Part shown: positions 1-10,710 of the stretch, piece by piece | Numbering within the stretch: position 1 is the stretch's first letter | How the letters are laid out: every line of letters starts with the position of its first letter | Assembly (NCBI GenBank): GCA_030248215.1 | Contig: JASANG010002067.1 | Span: 1 to 64,000 of the forward strand | Length of the DNA stretch: 64,000 nucleotides | Source: Enoplolaimus lenunculus | Lineage: Eukaryota | Direction of reading: 5' to 3' | Position numbers and translations under genes: made by a program | Notes under the pieces: generated by a model | Databases searched by the model: none | What the model was told of the DNA's origin: nothing | The model's input: only the letters and a program-made list of their open reading frames with translations

Positions 1-1890
1 AAACAGTTTAGAATATTCCTTCGCATTCAATTTTAGTTGACTCTGCTAAATTGTAGAACAAGTAATCTAATGCAATCCACAAAGTCACTTTAATAAAATA
101 CCAAGGCTTTACGATACAATCGAAAATCAACCTTCGGCTTCGCCTCCGGCAAAAAATTTAGCTCTAGTTCATTATTCCGGCGTATGTATTGGTAAAATTT
201 TGTTTTTTTATTTTCTTCGCTTTAGTGAGTTTTTAACTTTGATGCAATTTCCTATGTTAAATTGGCTGTCAAGATTTCTCAAAAAAAGGTTTTTGACGCT
301 TTAGTAGATTGCAGACGGAGGTGAAGATTTTTGCCGGCACCGGAGGTCATCAAAAATTGCCGGAGGCAGAGGTGTAGCGAAATCAGGTATAGTTAAACTC
401 ATGTTTAATTTGTTAATTTTAGCAAATATCTGTAAATATGCTGTTCAATCGTTTTGTTTTAATACGCTTCTTTCCTCAAAATTGTGCAAAATTTAAAGCG
501 AACCGCGCCAAAAAGATAATTTTTGTAGGAATTTCCGGCTAAAGTTATATCCCCGCCTCAGAGCCGGAGTTCGATTTTCTGCCGGAGTTCGTTTTTCAGC
601 CAGAGATAAAGGAGAACGTCCGGTTTTACCCCGGTTAGTTTATATATTCAAAGTAAGATCACAGCATATTCCTAAGCCTAAGCCTAAAACCTAATCGTAC
701 CAATTAAGAGCCGGTCCGCGCTCAATCTATACATGGGTCGTTTATATTAGAAGAACGACGAATAAACGCGTCGATTGCTTTTTTCGACCATGTCGTGACT
801 GCAAACTGCAGTTACAAAATCAGTTGATGTTTGCACTTGATCAAAATTGTAAATATGACGCAATCCAAAATTTGAATGGCGTTTTTACAGCGGTTTTGCT
901 GTATCACATTTTGTCACCTCAAAATTTGAAGAATCTATGTCAAACAGTTGAGAAACATAAAATATTCATTAACATGTAAACAAAACAGTTTAAGTTAAAT
1001 AAATAAAATAGACGCGGCGTCAGATGTGCATTGATTTTGGTTGATATTTAAATGCTAAAACGACGGGAGTATTCTGCCGAGACTTTACTTGAATTTTGAA
1101 TCTAACTGAAGTTTTTTTAGAAAATTTTAACATTGCTTTTTCAGTTGCAATCAGCGTTGATTCGGCCCATGTCAAGATCAAGGGCGGAACGTTTTTCTGC
1201 AAGACTGCAATAGAGTATGCTTTAGCATTATAGACTAATATTTCTTAATTACGATTACGCTTATTTAGGCTTAGGCCTAAGAATATGCTTATACTACTGT
1301 TACGGAGCTGTTCTATATATTGGCCGGTGATTTAGACAGCTAACCGACTATAGTTTTAGGATCCATCTTTTTCAATACAAAACCATGGCGTTCATGCCTT
1401 TAAAGGGCTCCTCCAAAGGCAATGAGGGGGTAGCTGTGAATTTTAGCGCAAGTAAACAACGGGCGGTTACGTACTATACGTATAAGCCTAAACATAAATT
1501 AAATAGGCCCAAGCCTACGTTTTCCTGTCTCCTAAGTTCCTCAGTCTCGCTGTCCTCCTGTGAATAGACCCTATGCCTACTTGACATGGAGCTGGGTGAA
1601 CAAATGTTAAAGTTTTTATCCGAATGATTGCATTTTGATTATTCTTACGAGCAATAGCAAGTGAGCAGACACAGTTAGCTTTGAAACAGTAATTTGACAG
1701 ATTATCGCTAATTTCCGTATTCTGAAGGTTTGTGATTGGGCACTTGTGTATGAGAAGCTCTGCCGTTTTGAAGCTTCTAGCCAATCATTTTTTCTGAGCC
1801 ATTATCTCAACAATTAATTGTGCTCTTTAGCCTTTTTCTTAAAGCCTGAGTCTGAGCTTAAAGATAGTAAACTGAAAATTTTTCGCTTAA

Positions 1891-2153
1891 CCCTTTCTCA
1901 CATGAATATTTTCTATTTTCCCTGACACTTACTTTTATGCTAGGATTCGAACTCCAGTGACTGGAATGGGAGGCGTATGCCATCACCACTCAGCTATAGG
2001 AGCTTGACGCTCGAGCCCGAGGGGGCTCTCACGTCTTGTGGTGATTTAGTACTACGTATACATGTTGCAATTGATAAACACGGTGCGAAATATACTATTT
2101 AACGTATATACACTGCGCTGAGTTGCCTATAAGCAACTCAATGTGAGAAGGGG
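1891..2153 (+). mobile_element. TTAA-flanked MITE (piggyBac-like ends) carrying a tRNA-like cassette, copy 1
   Basis: TTAA|CCCTTTCTCACAT ... ATGTGAGAAGGGG|TTAA (12/13 TIR match); internal minus-strand TAGCTGAGTGG (A box) and GTTCGAATCC (B box). Confidence 0.88.
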
Positions 2154-2456
2154 TTAAACTTTTAGATAAAACTGTACAAGAACCGCAACTTCTAAGTGTG
2201 AAAGCTTGCCGTATTCGTTTTAACACTGCTTATAAAAAAGGCCTGATGTTATTAATGGCAGATCTTATCGTGGTTTTATATCCATAGCAAAAATAGGAAA
2301 TCAAAAAGTAAGCATAAGTAGAAATGTGAAGGGATTTTGCTGCCATAATTCCGTAATTCTAAATGATGAAACCGTCGCCTAAAATGTAATAACGCGGTCT
2401 CTGGGTTTGATTACTGGAACAATTAGAATCTTAAAAACGCAATAATCAATGTTTAA

Positions 2457-2665
2457 ACCTTTCTCACATGAATATTTTCAATTTCATATAAGATGTAATT
2501 TCAAATTAAGATTCGATTCCCAGTCTCACGGGTGGGAGGCGTTTACGATGACCACTGAGCTATAGAGCTTGACGCTCGAGCCCGAGTAGGCTCTCACGTC
2601 TTGTGGAGATTTTGCACTGCGCATACATGTTATATACGTTAAGCACTGCTCACTGTGCGTGTATT
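2457..2665 (+). mobile_element. Diverged, truncated copy of the TTAA/tRNA-like MITE in the intron after DUF1295 exon 3
   Basis: Begins (A)CCTTTCTCACATGAATATTTT; shares GGGAGGCGT, ACCACTGAGCTATAG and GACGCTCGAGCCCGAG blocks with copy 1. Confidence 0.75.
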
Positions 2666-2720
2666 GCTCGTACATTGTTGTATTTAGTTGCTGTTTTAGA
2701 GACCAACAGTTATTATTTAC

Positions 2721-2827
2721 CTTGTAAAGTCCAGTAGACAAAAAATAATGAAGGTTTGTCGCGAACTTTGTTAAAGCGCCGATCACGTCCGGAGGCTAAC
2801 AAGCGGGTGAACAAGAATGATCCCAAC
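2721..2827 (-). CDS. DUF1295-like gene, exon 3 (RLGSFLFTRLLASGRDRRFNKVRDKPSLFFVYWTLQ); downstream exons not identified in the window
   Basis: Acceptor TTATAG| ending at 2828, donor G|GTAAAT at 2720; RLG.FLF.R....G.D.RF..VR..P..F...WT.Q is the characteristic DUF1295 core motif. This frame is not in the ORF track. Confidence 0.9.
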
Positions 2828-3285
2828 CTATAATTAGCAACACTTAAATTAAAATAATTCACAGAAATCAACAAAGCCAATCTCTAACTAGAAACAGGTT
2901 AATGTTGTAATCATGCATTCGTCTTTGAACCCTGAAACACCTGTTTTGTAAAACAGCTTCGCAAAAATTGTTTGACAATTTTTAATCTAGGTAGACAACA
3001 CTTTTTACAGTTTAAAGAAAGAACTGCAGATATTTAAGCTCCCGTAAAATGGAATAGGATGGATATTCAGCGCAAATTTTAGCAAATGTATTAATAAATT
3101 ACCCGAAACAGCTTTGTTTACGCTTGTATGCAGCATAAAGATGAAAATTGTAATATTAGAAGCTTGCTAGATAAAATTAAATGTTTCATTTTTCAAATGA
3201 AAGATGTTCGCTTGAATTCGGTGCCGGTGTCGCAAGAATGTGCAGCGCTACACTTAAACTACAAATTTTGTGGTGGACGACTCAC

Positions 3286-3394
3286 CGAAAAGCCCAAACA
3301 ATAACCATACATCCTTGTATTCTTGAACGAACAGTACAACGTCTGCGATGGATCAAAGAAGCATGAGCAATAATTGAAATGTACGTTATGGAAC
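3286..3394 (-). CDS. DUF1295-like gene, exon 2 (SSITYISIIAHASLIHRRRCTVRSRIQGCMVIVWAFR)
   Basis: Acceptor TTATTGCAG| ending at 3395, donor CG|GTGAGT at 3285; phases match exons 1 and 3; matches the family pattern S.TY...R......V..WA.R. Confidence 0.85.
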
Positions 3395-3676
3395 CTGCAA
3401 TAATAAATAAATAGCAATGTCTTATATAAAAGCAACGTATATTTTGAAGAATATTTAAACACGATTGTAGATGCATGGGATTCTACGTAGTCAGTAGATT
3501 TATTACGTTAATGGGTAGTAGCAAAGATTACATCCCCGGATAGTTAATCCTTACCAGTAGCCATTGCGATTTTGAAACGAGATTAGTAGCCTGGCTTAAG
3601 TGATCGAAACAGGCAAAAATTGGGTTAACTTCATAAACTTGACAGTCATTCAAAACGTTTGTTGAATAATGCTCAC

Positions 3677-3788
3677 TTGTTAAGTCATAGAACTTTTCCG
3701 TCGCAAACAGCGAAGCTATAACCCATCCCAACCAATTAATACCAAAACTGATGACAGCAGGCTGCCCAAACAATTGAAATGAATTCAT
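3677..3788 (-). CDS. DUF1295 / steroid 5-alpha-reductase-like membrane protein, coding exon 1 (MNSFQLFGQPAVISFGINWLGWVIASLFATEKFYDLT)
   Basis: ATG at 3788; TEKFYDLT motif typical of the DUF1295 N-terminus; phase-1 donor A|GTGAGC at 3676; TTTCAG acceptor-like site 8 nt upstream of the ATG. Confidence 0.85.
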
Positions 3789-4079
3789 AACAGTTTCTGA
3801 AATATATACACCAAGTGGCACATAAACTATGTTTGGCTGTTAAAGATAAGATAGAACAAATTGTAAAACCAATTGTTATTTATATACAAACCGAAGTTTT
3901 AATCTCAATGCATATTGCAGCTATAATCGAACGTAGGATATCACAGGTTGAGTTCAGACGCAAATCAACATCAGCTATGTTTTCGAAGAACGTTAGACTG
4001 TAAAATTTGGGTATAGTTCGTTACAGAGCAGTTAATTTAACCAAAACTAATACACAGCCATTTACTGAAACTTTTATCA

Positions 4080-4465
4080 GTTTTATAAAAACCGGTTTCA
4101 GCTCATTTGATCAAAACCTCGAAATATGCCTGTTTTTGAAAGGGCAATACAAACATTTCTTCCCAGGATACAATCGGATATCTGTTTCCTGCTCCGGCAG
4201 AAAATCGACCACCGGCTCCCGTGGAATTTCAGTCGAAGGTTCCGGCAATTTCGATCGTCAAATATTTTACAGTTTTATAAAAATCGTTGTATCGTTCGGT
4301 GAGTTTCGTTTAGTTTTCGAACAATTTTCAAAAGATAACTGTTGGGAAACGAGCTCAAAACCAAAATTGTTGATTACACCTTTATAGATCTTCTTAAAAC
4401 AAGACAATCTTAATTTAACGTCCTAATTTCGCTTCGCTTCCGGCATTACCTCCGGCTATACCCTG
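4080..4465. repeat. Dispersed TCCGGC-rich repeat family (also ~130-630 and ~13090-13290)
   Basis: CTCCGGCAGAAAATCGACC...GGTTCCGGCAATTTCG at 4190-4255 matches the reverse complement of 13145-13215 and of 560-590. Confidence 0.65.
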
Positions 4466-5059
4466 ATAGTTTGTAATTTCAAAACTTGATATAAATACAA
4501 GACAATTTCTGGTCAAATCACTCATATTTAGTAAAATGTTGGAAGGTCGCTACCCCTCCAGCAAGGTGTAAAACAGAAGTAAATTACACAGAAAGCGTAA
4601 CAGAAAATTAATACCGGAATCGGAACTAGAAGTTTTAATTTTTCAGAGCCTAGAACTTTTCACATGCTGAGTCCTATATGTAATTAGTATGCGCCAAATC
4701 AATATCTGCTTTTAGCAATATTTTATCCATTCTATGAAATTTCAGCTCATGTTAGTACTTTTAGGGCCGCCCCGGTTTCTGAGCTACCGGACATCAGTTT
4801 CCGTGGAAAATCGAGGTTCGTTTTCATTATAGAAATAGCGGAAACTATTTTTACGCTCAAATTAGTTATAAATCACGTATATATCTGACAATTATACATT
4901 TACAGAGAAGGTGAAATAGTTCGAAGTGAACTAAAAATTACGAAATTAATCCAAAATCTTAAAAATTGTGACCAATGCTACTTTTGCCCGTTTTTCCGCA
5001 GGACAGCAAAATACAGGAATGTAATCGAGGCAAATTCATTTACACTTGCATACGGACAA

Positions 5060-5615
5060 ATAGGAAAACGGGACAGCTGCAAATTTTTCCTGGGAAAACG
5101 GGACAATTATTGGACAAGGCCTGTTCGGACAAATCAGAAAACGGGACATGTCCAATTTTTCTCTATAGGAAAACGGGAGAGGTTTGCTTGGGGCAAATGG
5201 GAAACGGGACAGCTGCAAATTATCGCTGGAAAATGGGACATGCCTGTTTCGGGCAATGATAAAACAATACAGCTGCAATTTTTCGATGGGTAAACATGAA
5301 AACGGGACAGGTTTGTTTCGGGCAAATGGAAAAACGGGACAGCTGCAAATTTTCGCAGAGAAAATGGGGCAGGCCTGTTTCTGAAAAATGGAAAACGGGA
5401 CAGCTGAAATTTTCACTGGGAACGGGCAGATGAAAAACGGGACAGCTGCAATTTTTGCTAGGAAAACGCGACAATGGGCCTGTTTAAGGCAAATGGAAAA
5501 ACGGGACAGTTGAAAGTTTTCGCTGGAAAAACGAAAAAACACACAGATTTGTTTCGGGCAAATGAGAGAAAACAGGACATCTGCAAATTTTCGCTGGGAA
5601 AACGGGACAGGCAAA
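5060..5615. repeat. Imperfect tandem array of AAAACGGGACA-containing ~30/65-bp units, probably a transposon interior
   Basis: Many AAAACGGGACAG(CTGCAAATTTT/GTTTGTTTCGGGCAAATG) units; source of overlapping low-complexity ORFs on both strands. Confidence 0.85.
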
Positions 5616-6391
5616 TATAATATGACATTCGCTGACAATACGTCGAATATCATATATTGAAAAACAAAAGGTGACCTACGCAAGATGATAGCAGACAAAA
5701 TGTTACCCAATATGCTAATGGGGACAAAACGTGTCCCAACATGCCACGGTTATAACGTGAACCCCGCATAAGCCTAAGCAAAAAAAATTTGTAACCTAGA
5801 ATCTAAACCTACTCTTTTATAAACCCACCAGAAACCTTTATGCCCCTTAAAGTAACATAGGTCCTATTTTCAATGTTTTAGTGTTTTAATAACAACATAA
5901 ACGATTTATTTTTTAACAGTAATAGCATGCATATATAAAATATAATCATATAAAAATTCATAAACTAATCTAATAAGAAATCCAGTTTATCAATCAAATT
6001 TACAAAATTTGACAATCAGGGAAAGCTATTTAATCCTTGAAATTTTTCAGGGTGGAATAAAGATGGCACTGAATAAAAACTTTTGGACAATTTTGAGTTT
6101 CCAAAACGCTTTTTCATTTCTGTTTAATCACCAACACCTCTTCTCTTATCATAATCAGTGTAAACATGCACTGTAACGGTCATAAATTTATTAAAAATCA
6201 CATGCGTGGTCACTTTATGCATATGCATCCATTGGAAGCTAGCTGCAAACACATGCTTTGTATAAAAATGGCGGTTTATTGACTACAAAAGTATATGTAT
6301 ATAAGCAAGTTCAACTCATTAAAAACAGAAAAACAACTAAAATCGTATTGCTAAACCCGGATAGTAAGGCAAGTAGATCAGCTTCACGCAT

Positions 6392-6442
6392 TCATTGGCG
6401 AACGTAATACCGTTTGGCTTCGACGTCTTCACAGATACATCG
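6392..6442 (-). CDS. FABP exon 4 (RCICEDVEAKRYYVRQ*)
   Basis: 51-nt terminal exon, acceptor TTTTAG, R.Y ligand-binding motif, TGA at 6394-6392; total CDS 411 nt = 136 aa; AATAAA on the minus strand near 6187-6192. Confidence 0.92.
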   Translation of the reverse strand, partial: RCICEDVEAKRYYVRQ

Positions 6443-6872
6443 CTAAAATATTGGGTACTTTATCTGTAGATAGTTTGGTAACGGGAGGTAAATCAATCTC
6501 TTTCGTGGCATTAAGGATGCTGATCTTGCTCTCCGGATCGGGAAGTCTCAGCTTTCATCTGATTGAAAAATCTGTTTCAGTTACCATAAGAAAATAGTCG
6601 ACACCGAGACATTTTAGTCTCGACTTCGGTCTTTTACAGAGAAAACTATCCCTGTGTTGCATCAGTAACAAACACAGGACCTTGACCATAACTTATTCCT
6701 AAACTTCCTGAAAACTTTAGTGGGAGCTACGCTGTAAAAAGTCGTGTGAACTTATATTACTAAACCAACACGTAAGACGAATTTGTGCTGAAAAACTGAT
6801 TCGGTCAAACAATAAATCCATTTACTATATAAATTTCTTTTTGCTAAGAAATCAAAACTAAACAAAACTTAC

Positions 6873-6986
6873 AACTACAATGTTATTCTTGTCATCAAGT
6901 TCACGGATAATGTCTGAATTCTTTTCTCCTGCCTTGGAAGCTATTTGACGCTGCACCAATTTTCCGTCTTCAACAAAGAACGTGGT
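6873..6986 (-). CDS. FABP exon 3 (TTFFVEDGKLVQRQIASKAGEKNSDIIRELDDKNNIVV)
   Basis: 114-nt phase-0 exon, acceptor TTTCAG, donor GTAAGT; GKLVQ.Q and I.RE motifs. Confidence 0.93.
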
Positions 6987-7198
6987 CTGAAACGTAATAA
7001 ACTCACATTAGAACAAACACTACAAAGCAGCTTCTCAACATTGAGCTATTATAGTAGGTGTTACAACACTTGAACCTTATGTTAAACTTTCTATAACTAA
7101 AATCCATTGTGTGTATCAGTTTGTCAATTAATTACTTACAGGTCAAAATATCCAATGTTTGTAACCATAATATGAAAAAACAGCACTCTAAACAATAA

Positions 7199-7374
7199 GG
7201 GTCACGCTATACTTGACGTCCGTTACTGTCCGTCACCATACGTTATCGTACGTGAGTTATTTGCGTACGATATCGCACGGTGACGGACGGCGCCGTACAG
7301 GTAACAGACGGCGCCGGACGGAACCGTGCGGGTGACGGACGGCGCCGCACGTCATCAAAAGTATAGCGCGACCC
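7199..7374. mobile_element. GGG-ended MITE (PIF/Harbinger-like ends) in FABP intron 2; relatives at ~37194-37655 and 47043-47207
   Basis: TAA|GGGTCACGCTATAC ... GTATAGCGCGACCC; internal GTGACGGACGGCGCCG repeats shared with the 37.2-37.4 kb copy; right TSD is imperfect. Confidence 0.7.
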
Positions 7375-8315
7375 GTAGTTAAATCATTCTTCATTGAGTT
7401 TCGATAACTAAAGTAGTTACTGGTTATCAACATTCATTCAGCATCAATTTAAGACAGCAAAAACTTTAGATTCTTGAAAATCAGATTTGCTGCCAGTTAG
7501 TCAGTAAAACAAAAACGAAAAACGCCTACGTTATATTAAGCCTAGTCCAGAGGTTAAGCATAAGTTTCTATGCTAAAGCTACTTCGCTGAATATCACTAA
7601 CAGAAACACTTCAATGCACGCAATACAAATAAACTTCTTATCTTGTGTTGAAGTTTAAAGAGTGTGCAAGTAAACAGAATAAATAAATATTAACTATATG
7701 TTAACATTGTATATAGGTACGCACTGCCCTGCTTACGTTATCGAAACTAAATAAAATATTTCTTTTGCACCACAGAACCAAAAATAAGACTACACCAGCG
7801 GTTTATCATGTTGTTATGCATGTGTTGCAAGTTAAATACATTCACATTCACAGTATATGAACGGTAAAAACAATGCACTTTCCACAACCAACCATTAACA
7901 AAAACGTAAATAAAAACCATCCTGCCAGCCCAGGCGTGGGGACAACAATTGCAGTTTCCGAAATCAAATCCGGCATATATTTCTGCAATTCGGTTCCGGT
8001 ATAAAGTTCGGTATTAACAATTCGTTTCTACTAGTTCTATAGCATATCCGGTATATATTTTTTCACGTTCAGGTAATATATACCAGTTTCGCGTGTTTTG
8101 AAATCTGGTTGCGCACTGTGTTTGACATAGCATACATATAAAGTATCCAAATCATTACACTGCTACATTGTCTGAATTCCATGGAAAAATGCAACAAAAA
8201 CAGCAATCGCACATGACATATGCAACCGACACGCACGAGTGAAGTAATAAAGCTGGTGCTGAACATTCCAAAAATGCTCCCAGCAGCTTAAACTACCACA
8301 AAAAATCTAACTTAC

Positions 8316-8488
8316 GTTACACTTTCGACCATCCATAGTTGTCTCCTCGAACTGTTCGTTCAGTTTGCATTTTACCTCTGAATTACGCACGGTGCTTGTT
8401 GTTTTGATAGTAAGATTATCACCGTCGACAATAAACTCAATGTTATTATTCGTGGCTAACGCCAGTTTACGCAGAGCAAAGTTGACAC
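8316..8488 (-). CDS. FABP exon 2 (GVNFALRKLA...EQFEETTMDGRKCN)
   Basis: 173-nt exon, acceptor TTTCAG, donor GTAAGT; FEE.T.DGRK motif. Confidence 0.95.
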
Positions 8489-8832
8489 CTGAAACCAATG
8501 ACCACAGTAGTAGCGAAATATTGACTAATTTTTAAAAAGCCAGAATTTGCTCCAGATACAGGCAGTACAATCTAATAGGATTTTTGTGTATGTAATTCAT
8601 TGTTTGCATGTTAAATAGAGAACATTGTCTTATGCAGTCATAAAAGCAACAAACTATTAAAATCATAATGTATACTGTTGAAAGCAGGTAAACGATACTA
8701 CTTATGCAGTTACACTATAAGATGTGGAGTTTAGTTCGAAGCCGTGATTTTCACTGAAGCCAGGAACACGTAAAGATACGTAACGATCAAAATAAGCTAT
8801 ATACGTATATACGATTTACGGAATACGTATAT

Positions 8833-9184
8833 TAGATGTCCCGGGCCATGATTTTACCATGTCCGGATTCAGCAAAGAATGCTAAATTTCCATTTTTATG
8901 TACCTTTGCGTATGAATGTACCTGGGTGAAACTGCGATATCGTTTCCAACATATCGCGTCACGCGACATTTTGTTAATACTCGCATGTTGTGAAGTTAGT
9001 GTTTAATGCATTTGTTTTGCCATATCGCGTCACGCGACATTTTGCCTATGGTAATGTGATAAACTTACTGTGCTTGGTTCGGATTCTGGCTAAAATGTGC
9101 ATCGGGACATTGTTTTCTGTACCGTCCATGGTCCGTGTGGCCCCGGCTCTGACACACTCCGGCCCAGGCCCCGGGACATCTCTA
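8833..9184. mobile_element. hAT-type MITE in FABP intron 1
   Basis: TIR TAGATGTCCCGGG / CCCGGGACATCTCTA; perfect 8-bp TSD ACGTATAT (8825-8832 and 9185-9192); internal direct repeat CATATCGCGTCACGCGACATTTTG x2. Confidence 0.85.
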
Positions 9185-9707
9185 ACGTATATATGGTGGC
9201 CAACACAGTTTCAAAAATATATTGTAATTGATGAATGAATAGTTATTCATTGTTTTTCTTCTATCTTTCCTTTATATATACAAAGGTGGACAGTCGGGAG
9301 TATGTATATAGGTTGGATATAACACCCTTTGAAAATTTCATTTATTTCTTAGCCTCAGTTTTAGCATTTTAACACAAAAAATACGTTTAGTCATTCTCTC
9401 GTTTCGCTCGCGAGTTTCATACGATTATTAAATGTAACTATTGCGTGTTGAAAATTGATGTTTCCAGTAATTTAAATTTGCATATTTTTGAAACGAGACC
9501 CGAGTGCAACAGGATTGTTATTCATACGAGTCAACTAGGACTGTATATAAAAACTGGCCCATGCTATGCCCCGGCAACTAACGTGTTGGCCACAGCCACC
9601 ATGTTGGGGCCCAGCCCAAACAGCTGTTATTTTAAATTTAAATGTAGTTTAAGAATTTTCTTGCGAACAACCAATTAAATTAACTTATTTATAAAAATAA
9701 CGCTAAC

Positions 9708-9780
9708 CAATTTTCTTCATATACTCATCGAAGTTATCGTTCGATTCAAGTTTGTAAAGACCAGCGAACTTATCAGCCAT
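9708..9780 (-). CDS. Fatty acid-binding protein (iLBP/FABP family), exon 1 (MADKFAGLYKLESNDNFDEYMKKIG)
   Basis: FABP N-terminal signature (G.YKL.S.DNFDEYMK..G); 73-nt exon with phase-1 donor G|GTTAG. Confidence 0.95.
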
Positions 9781-9879
9781 TTCAATATAGATATTGAGCG
9801 ACTATTTTAGCGGCGGAATGATCAAAGTATATACTGATAATAAAATGAGAACCCTAAACTAAGAAATGAGGTTTGTTTT

Positions 9880-9918
9880 TGAATGAACTTAACGACTCCA
9901 AGGCCTTACTATATATAG
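9880..9918 (-). promoter_or_regulatory. Candidate FABP core promoter (TATA box plus TCATT initiator-like motif)
   Basis: Minus-strand TATATATAG at ~9917-9909, with TCATT ~30 nt downstream and ~100 nt upstream of the ATG. Motif match only. Confidence 0.35.
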
Positions 9919-10710
9919 ATGTGTAAATAATTAATCTGCATAAGTAAAAACGGCACTTTGCGAGAGTATCGGCATCGAAAGTAACTGGCAGTATTCGGCA
10001 CTGGTAAAAATTGCAGATTTATTGCTGATACTCTTCGCACTGAACAGTAAGTTGGATAGCTTCTGCTTTGAATATCATTTACTGGCATATAGCAGAGCGC
10101 CTAACCATGAAATCTGATATCTCCTGCATTTGTGTTTGAACAAAAATTGGATGAAATGAACAGCTCTCGTAATTCAATAGTCGTCTATGCTTCCTATGCT
10201 TTTTGTCTATGGGTGTATGATTATGCACTGTAGTAATCGTAATGGTTCTCCAAACATCATGAACACAAAATTGTTTCGGCAACAGCAAAATATGAAATAG
10301 AACGGGCATATGTATCAACAAAAAATTCGGGTATCGGCACATCACTACCGTTCATCGAAAATGTGAGCACAGAAGATCTATGAAAAGTAATGCCATACTG
10401 ACGCAAAACTCTTATAAGAACCGTGACAAGACGGAACGTGATTGTACTAAGTATTACACACCGCTTTTATAGTGTAATATTTTGGACAATGTGTTCCTGT
10501 ATTATAAATAAAACTGTTATATATCGGCGTTCGCAAGCATACGCACTGGTAATATTTGTGCAGTTGCAATACTGCTATAAGTATTTAAAATTATGCCGCC
10601 CACAATGTTGCAACGCAGTGCAATACCTACACAGTGCACAAACACCATGACGCCCTTCCTGTGCTGGCAAATGCTAATGTGCGGCAGATTTCACCTTAGC
10701 TGAGTGCGAA

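Noticed and set aside
4975..5710. 224-aa ORF and overlapping ORFs on both strands
   Set aside because: Artefacts of the AAAACGGGACA tandem repeat; units vary in length and shift frame; no protein-like features.
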